Shown here piece after piece: positions 36,821 to 41,954 of a stretch of 41,954 nt of DNA. The first letter of the stretch is position 1, and each line of letters begins with the position of its first letter. The notes beneath the pieces are model-generated. The model was given only the letters and a program-made list of their open reading frames with translations. It was not told where the DNA came from and did not search any database. A program made the position numbers and the translations under genes. The DNA comes from Chitinophagales bacterium (lineage in GTDB: Bacteria > Bacteroidota > Bacteroidia > Chitinophagales > BACL12), in assembly GCA_014380545.1 (NCBI GenBank), contig JACMJP010000192.1, forward strand, positions 1 through 41,954, in the 5' to 3' direction.

Positions 36821-36845
36821 CCTATGAACCTGGCTTCTACAAACT

Positions 36846-39044
36846 TTATTGGATGATTATCTTTTTCAGTGTATTTCCCTCATTTGTGGTTACCTGAACA
36901 AAGTATTCACCCGCTGTTAAATTATCTACATTAACAATTTGCTTATTTACACTTCCTGTTGAAAAGGCATTTAAAATTCTGCCTGTAACATCAGAAATAA
37001 TTATTTCATTTATTAATAATGAAGATGACTCAATTGTAAATTCATTATTTGATACAATTGTTGGATAAACATTTACTGCAGATGCTAAAAGATCTTCAAC
37101 AGCAGATCCTTCTTCCACACCATAAGTTAATGCTTCGGCCGCAAGAGAAATTTCTTCACGGTTTAATTTTATTGCTTTTACCTCGCTGAATGCAAGAGTT
37201 ACTTCAGAGGCTTCTGTTTTTCCGGTTATGTTATCAATAACTACAACATCAAGGGTTCCTATTTCTCCATTGCCACCTGTATTTTCACGATCGGTGCGCA
37301 CAACGCCGGTAAATACCCGCATGTTATCAGCATCATTTACACTTAAATTGAGGCGGGTTTCTTCATTGGTGAACCAGCTATTTGTGTAATTTACTTTTAA
37401 GCTGGCAGCGTCAATATCTTCGCCTTCAACCGTAACTGTAAAACGCAAACCATAAATTTCATCTACCGAGTTTATGCCATCACCCAGCATAATTGGAATT
37501 TTATTTAACCCAATATGCAATATAGGTTCTGTTGGAGCAAAATATAGTGGAACATCACCGGCAGAAGTTTTTAATGCATTAAGCGGGTGATCTAAACCAA
37601 AATTATTTATTACCGCAGTTGTGTCATCATCATTAATAATTCCATCACCATTGCAGTCAGTCCATTTCAAATCATTAAGCACATACCAGAATATACTATC
37701 TTCTTCCATCCAAGCGCTGGAGAGTTTTGCTTCCCAGTCAATACCCATATCCATTCTTGAAGTACCTGTAGCCCCATAATTAATACCTATTTCAAAAAGA
37801 TCATCGGCAGTTGCATACATATCATTGTTTGCATCGCCGGGCCAAACACAATTCCAAATACATTCAGGTAATGATCCATCAGCATTTGACTTTAAAATCG
37901 TATATCGCTGGTTGCAATCTTCCATGTACTGGCGTCCTGCAATTACATATCCGCCATCAGCAGTTTGTGCTGCAGACCAAACTTCTAAGCCGTTTCCAAA
38001 TCCCCAATTACATCCCGGCAGAGGAATGAATATGGAATCCACTTCATTTCCATCTGCATCTGTTACCCAGCCATGTGAACTCTGATCACCATGATCCTGC
38101 GTCCATACAATATAGTTATCAGTTCCTAATTCAATAGCACCTGAACCTTCTTCCCAGGAAGCACCGTGATTGTAATATTTCACCCATTCGAGTGTTCCGT
38201 CAGAAGCAATTTTGCGCAATGAACCTGCATAAACAAATGCATCTGCTGATGAACCTGAAAGCAGATAGCCGCCATCAGAAGTTTTACTTAAGCCATCGTT
38301 CCATGTATTATTGTATTCCCAGATACCTGTTCCGTGAGGATAAGCCTGATCCCATTCCAAATTTAGTCCGCTGTCAAATTTATGAAGTGTTCTTGTGTCA
38401 TTGGTGCCTGCTGAAAAAGCAAAACCACCATCATCAGTAGAAACTATTCCTGATTCCTGGAAATCAAAATAACTCCAGCCCCATCCGCCTGTTGTATCAG
38501 CATCAAATGAAAAATTACTTAAAAGATCTCCGTCTTCCGAAATTTCAGAAAAATGATATTGAAGATCATCAGATAAACCTCCCAGAATAAATCTTCCATC
38601 AGATAGCTGAGTTATTTGACCGCCATAGTAATAAAAGAAACCTACTGTATTATACCAACTTTCATTTGTCCATTCAACAACACCATCATCATCTAATTTA
38701 TAAATAATAGGCCCGTCATAATTATAACCCATTAACACAACGGCACCGCCACCTGAAACAGGTAATATAGAACTTCCCTCCGCATATCCTGCAAAACCAA
38801 TAGGCGCAGCACCTTTCCAATCCAATGTTCCATCTGTATTTAGTTTTACAACATAATTTGATAGCACATCCGACCAATCAGCCATTTCGCCACCATAACC
38901 AACAGACCAAATACTACCGTCGGCAGCTTCAGATATATCTTCCATCCAGTGCCCATAGCCTGCATAGCCCCAGCTTTGAGCGAAAGAAAATTGTATGTTC
39001 ATCATGAGGAATGATGCGATAATAAGTGTAAATAGTTTTTTCAT
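36846..39044 (-). CDS. T9SS type A sorting-domain surface protein with repeat-rich N-terminal region and dockerin-like plus cohesin-like modules (paralog 1)
   Basis: Signal peptide 'MKKLFTLIIASFLMMNIQFSFAQ'. Recurring '.DGG(Y/F)...G' repeats. 'WPGDANNDMYATADDLFEIGINYG' and 'DCNGDGIINDDDTTAVINNFG' are dockerin-type Ca-binding repeats. C-terminal 'VYPTIVSN.F.I......I.EIIISDVTGRIL......VDNLTAGEYFVQV' is a T9SS CTD. Confidence 0.75.
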   Translation of the reverse strand: MKKLFTLIIASFLMMNIQFSFAQSWGYAGYGHWMEDISEAADGSIWSVGYGGEMADWSDVLSNYVVKLNTDGTLDWKGAAPIGFAGYAEGSSILPVSGGGAVVLMGYNYDGPIIYKLDDDGVVEWTNESWYNTVGFFYYYGGQITQLSDGRFILGGLSDDLQYHFSEISEDGDLLSNFSFDADTTGGWGWSYFDFQESGIVSTDDGGFAFSAGTNDTRTLHKFDSGLNLEWDQAYPHGTGIWEYNNTWNDGLSKTSDGGYLLSGSSADAFVYAGSLRKIASDGTLEWVKYYNHGASWEEGSGAIELGTDNYIVWTQDHGDQSSHGWVTDADGNEVDSIFIPLPGCNWGFGNGLEVWSAAQTADGGYVIAGRQYMEDCNQRYTILKSNADGSLPECIWNCVWPGDANNDMYATADDLFEIGINYGATGTSRMDMGIDWEAKLSSAWMEEDSIFWYVLNDLKWTDCNGDGIINDDDTTAVINNFGLDHPLNALKTSAGDVPLYFAPTEPILHIGLNKIPIMLGDGINSVDEIYGLRFTVTVEGEDIDAASLKVNYTNSWFTNEETRLNLSVNDADNMRVFTGVVRTDRENTGGNGEIGTLDVVVIDNITGKTEASEVTLAFSEVKAIKLNREEISLAAEALTYGVEEGSAVEDLLASAVNVYPTIVSNNEFTIESSSLLINEIIISDVTGRILNAFSTGSVNKQIVNVDNLTAGEYFVQVTTNEGNTLKKIIIQ

Positions 39045-39061
39045 AATAGTAAAAGAGTTTA

Positions 39062-39093
39062 TAAAGTTACAGAGACAATTATACAGATACAAA
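39062..39093 (-). promoter_or_regulatory. Candidate Bacteroidota promoter (TTTG-N20-TAACTTTA) for T9SS paralog 1
   Basis: The minus strand reads cCTTTGtatctgtataattgtctctgTAACTTTAtaaactcttttactattATG. The -7 box has 7 of 8 consensus positions and overlaps one arm of the 14-bp inverted repeat. Confidence 0.35.
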
Positions 39094-39216
39094 GGTTACG
39101 CAGCATTTGCTTAAAAGAAAGAACATTATTTTGGCGAAATAGGGCAATGCTCTATGTACTGGGAAATCAAGTGTTTGATTTTGTGCAGATTAAAACAACA
39201 ACTTTATAAATTATAT

Positions 39217-39250
39217 AGAAAAATCGGTAATGACTTTTCAGCCATTACCG
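39217..39250 (-). terminator. Rho-independent terminator downstream of T9SS paralog 2
   Basis: CGGTAATGAC (39225-39234) pairs with GCCATTACCG (39241-39250) with one mismatch, followed on the minus strand by ATTTTTCT. Confidence 0.6.
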
Positions 39251-39276
39251 TATTGTCTCTGTAACTCTCACCTGCT

Positions 39277-41556
39277 TTAGCGGGTTATGAGTAATTTTTG
39301 GGAGAGGATGGTATTGTTTGTTTGTATTTTTAATTCATAGATGCCATTTGGAAAATATGCTACTGATAATTTTCCAGAATTTATTTCTTCCTGTGAAAAT
39401 TGTTTTATTAATTTTCCGGTGAGATCATACAAATGAATAATGGGTGATGAGTAATCAGTATTATTTGTTTGGAGATAAATAAATTCACTGGCAGGGTTTG
39501 GATAAATAATAAAATTATTTTCAGTCGCATTATTATTTATTGATGTGAGCAAATGAAATGTATAATCACTTCCGCTTACTATTATCTCTTCTTCATTATT
39601 TTTTATTACACGGATATTATTAATTGAAATGGTTACTTCATCATCTGCTGTTTCCCTGAATAATTTTCCTGCGATATTATCAATCACTACAATTTGTAAT
39701 GTTCCAATTTGTCCGCCATCTTCCACATTTGTATGATCAGTTCTTGTAATGCCGGCATCTAATGTTTTTATTTCGGGAAATAATTTTTGCATCGTTAATA
39801 ATTCATCACTTGTTCCAATCCAGCAATCATCAAAATTCATTTCTAATGTCGTTGAATCAATTACTTCATCATCACTCCATGTAATGGAAAATTTAATTCC
39901 ATATAATTCAACAGGATCAATATCATCACCCAGCATAACCGGAATTTCAACTAAACCTAATGGTAAAGTATCTGATGGAGGTAATAAATATATTTCAGGG
40001 GATCCGCCGGTGGTTTTAAATGAATATATTTCATGTTCAAGTCCGTAATTTAAACTTATTGCAAGTGTATCATCATCATTAATAATCCCATCACCATTGC
40101 AATCAGCATATTTATAATTTGTTCCGTCTGCTAAAGTATCAGTCCATACATCAGCCGTGTGCGCATACCAGAAATTATCAGCAGATGTTCTTTCGGGTCC
40201 TATTGAGCTATAAGTAATTCCGAGTGTAAGCAGATCATCCATGTTTGCAATGCTATCGTTGTTTGCATCGCCGGGCCAGGTGCAGTTGAAGATGCAGGGG
40301 AGAGAGTCATCCGGAGATAATTTTATAACTGTGAGGTAAGTAGTGTCTTCAATCCAATCAACAGGATTTAATTTCATACTACCAAATAATAGAATATTGT
40401 TATCAATTGTACTTATAGAATTATAATTTTCTTCATATGGTTCTACAGGCAAATATTTAAATTGGGTTTGGAAATTTATTGAACCGTCTTCATGTAAGTG
40501 AAATAACTCGTAATATGAGAAAGGAATAGTAGTAGAATCCCGTGCGCTGCATAACAATATTATTGTTTCATCGGATTTTTCACATAAATCTATCGGCTCT
40601 GAGTAAGCAGAGGAGGTATTATAAGAATAATTCCATAAAGTATTTCCAAGGGTGTCAACTTTTATTAAATATACAATTGAGCTATCTGCATCAGGTTCAA
40701 CTAATGAATAAATTGGGGAATTTCCATAAAACAAATAATTACCATCTGAAAGGGAAAGAATTTTTTTAATATATACACTATCCGGAACTGAGTATATTTT
40801 GGACCAGGTATTTTCTAATTCAGAATTAAATCTACATAAAAATAAATCTGTCAAGTCATCGTTAAAATTTGCTCGTCCGCCTATTATAAAACCATTATCC
40901 GGCAGGTGAATTACATCACTTATGTCATCATCCGATTCATAAGGGTATCCAGTATAATCACTCACATCGTGCATTTCATCAAGCAAGATTTCACCTGTAG
41001 GGGATAACGTAGAAAAATTGAAAGCGGGATCTGCTGTATGATCAATTTTTCTGTCTGTATAAATAGAATTAAAGTTTCCATCATTATTTTCATAGGTAAA
41101 AACAAAAGGATCCGTAGATACCCAAAGGGCATAATCATCAAAGTATGAATCGGTTTGCCATATTTCATTTCCTTCAGAATCTATTTTACATAACCAAACA
41201 TCATGTGGAAGATTAGCCCCAATTAAGAAGCCGCCATCAGAAGTTAGTTCGATGCTTGTTGGATTTAATATTTTATAATCTCCCGAAACAGAATAGCCAA
41301 AATTATTTTCCCAAATCAAAGTTCCATCAATATCGAATTTTGCAACATATATTTTTCCCTCAATTCCGCTTTCCCAATTTTTGAATTTTCCACACATAAC
41401 AATTTTTCCATCGGCAGATATTGTAGAAATTGAAGCCTCCCCCCATCTGTAATCAGAAAGAGTCCCTTTCAAATAACTCCATCCCCATTGCCCAAACGTA
41501 TTTTCATAACCAAACATCAGGATAATAGAGATCAAAAGTATTTTCAATTGTTTCAT
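39277..41556 (-). CDS. T9SS type A sorting-domain surface protein with dockerin-like plus cohesin-like modules (paralog 2)
   Basis: Signal peptide 'MKQLKILLISIILMFGYENTFGQ'. 'WPGDANNDSIANMDDLLTLGITYS' and 'DCNGDGIINDDDTLAISLNYG'. C-terminal 'IIYPNPASEFIYL.......I.LYDLTGKLI...........FPNGIYELKI'. Collinear with paralog 1. Confidence 0.75.
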   Translation of the reverse strand: MKQLKILLISIILMFGYENTFGQWGWSYLKGTLSDYRWGEASISTISADGKIVMCGKFKNWESGIEGKIYVAKFDIDGTLIWENNFGYSVSGDYKILNPTSIELTSDGGFLIGANLPHDVWLCKIDSEGNEIWQTDSYFDDYALWVSTDPFVFTYENNDGNFNSIYTDRKIDHTADPAFNFSTLSPTGEILLDEMHDVSDYTGYPYESDDDISDVIHLPDNGFIIGGRANFNDDLTDLFLCRFNSELENTWSKIYSVPDSVYIKKILSLSDGNYLFYGNSPIYSLVEPDADSSIVYLIKVDTLGNTLWNYSYNTSSAYSEPIDLCEKSDETIILLCSARDSTTIPFSYYELFHLHEDGSINFQTQFKYLPVEPYEENYNSISTIDNNILLFGSMKLNPVDWIEDTTYLTVIKLSPDDSLPCIFNCTWPGDANNDSIANMDDLLTLGITYSSIGPERTSADNFWYAHTADVWTDTLADGTNYKYADCNGDGIINDDDTLAISLNYGLEHEIYSFKTTGGSPEIYLLPPSDTLPLGLVEIPVMLGDDIDPVELYGIKFSITWSDDEVIDSTTLEMNFDDCWIGTSDELLTMQKLFPEIKTLDAGITRTDHTNVEDGGQIGTLQIVVIDNIAGKLFRETADDEVTISINNIRVIKNNEEEIIVSGSDYTFHLLTSINNNATENNFIIYPNPASEFIYLQTNNTDYSSPIIHLYDLTGKLIKQFSQEEINSGKLSVAYFPNGIYELKIQTNNTILSQKLLITR

Positions 41557-41732
41557 AGATTGTATTTCTTAAAGTTACAGTATTATTTCCGGGTATATTA
41601 ATACTGCAAATATCCGGTGGTTAACAGGGAATAAATAGAAGGCTATTTTAAATAAATAGGATTCAATAAAAGGAACACAATATCTAAAGCACTGAAATTC
41701 ATAGGTATAATTTTACTACCCTTGCAGTTTAT

Positions 41733-41764
41733 AGAAAAAGAAATCCCGCCGAATGGGCGGGATT
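41733..41764 (-). terminator. Rho-independent terminator downstream of T9SS paralog 3
   Basis: AATCCCGCC (41742-41750) pairs with GGCGGGATT (41756-41764), followed on the minus strand by TCTTTTTCT. Confidence 0.65.
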
Positions 41765-41795
41765 ATTCTTGTCTCTGTAACTCTATTACCTGTTT

Positions 41796-41954
41796 TTAGC
41801 GGGCAATGAGTAATTTTTGGGCCGTAACTCCCTGTTCAGTTTTTATCTTTAATTGATAAGTACCATTTGCAAAACCACCAACTAATAATTTTCCAGATTG
41901 TATTTCAGTATTAGAAAATTCTTTTAATAATTTTCCCGTTAAGTCATACATAGA
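41796..41954 (-). CDS. T9SS type A sorting-domain protein, C-terminal fragment (paralog 3, runs off the window)
   Basis: The reverse-strand translation is ...SMYDLTGKLLKEFSNTEIQSGKLLVGGFANGTYQLKIKTEQGVTAQKLLIAR*. It is homologous to the CTD of 39277-41556 ('LYDLTGKLIKQFSQEEINSGKL...FPNGIYELKIQT....SQKLLITR*'). Confidence 0.7.
   Translation of the reverse strand, partial: SMYDLTGKLLKEFSNTEIQSGKLLVGGFANGTYQLKIKTEQGVTAQKLLIAR

Noticed and set aside
1-41954. I searched by eye for CRISPR arrays, tRNA or rRNA genes, transposases or integrases, prophage genes, toxin-antitoxin pairs and known defence-system hallmarks such as nucleases, helicases, methyltransferases, reverse transcriptases and STAND/AAA ATPases.
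   Set aside because: None was recognised. The only ATPase-fold candidate (30633-31049) is an RsbW-like kinase fold without defence-associated partners. A systematic HMM scan (e.g. DefenseFinder, PADLOC, tRNAscan-SE) would be needed to exclude these formally.

Overview
This is an AT-rich chromosomal segment, roughly one-third GC by eye. It is almost certainly from a Bacteroidota genome. The evidence is several proteins with T9SS type A and type B C-terminal sorting domains, TAnnTTTG-type -7 promoter boxes, and Bacteroidota-typical gene families such as DUF4878. Most of the window is ordinary core or accessory content. From left to right it holds five blocks. (1) A compact carotenoid (zeaxanthin-type) operon: a MerR/B12-binding regulator, then crtI, crtB, an unknown gene, idi, an SRPBCC gene, crtZ and a crtYcd-type cyclase. 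It ends in a truncated lipocalin gene fragment that abuts a short dispersed repeat. (2) Housekeeping genes: rpmH-rnpA-yidD, an S41 protease, an M28 peptidase, tsaB, two tandem ArsR-like regulators, nadA and nadD. (3) A minus-strand redox/detoxification-like accessory cluster: cupin, DJ-1/PfpI, AraC, CbrC, FMN reductase and a VOC protein. (4) A tightly packed minus-strand operon: DUF4175 giant coiled-coil membrane protein, an orphan RsbW-like HATPase, ybeY, mnmG and an Ig-like lipoprotein. (5) A tandem array of at least three paralogous T9SS-secreted proteins carrying dockerin-like and possibly cohesin-like modules. One inter-gene spacer in that array is bracketed by a perfect 14-bp inverted repeat. 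I found no rRNA, tRNA, CRISPR array, transposase, integrase or recognisable phage-defence system. The two most promising leads for undescribed biology are the T9SS dockerin/cohesin-like paralog array with its possible invertible spacer, and the HATPase-DUF4175 pair. Both are hypotheses based on sequence reading only. All family assignments come from motif recognition by eye, without database searches.
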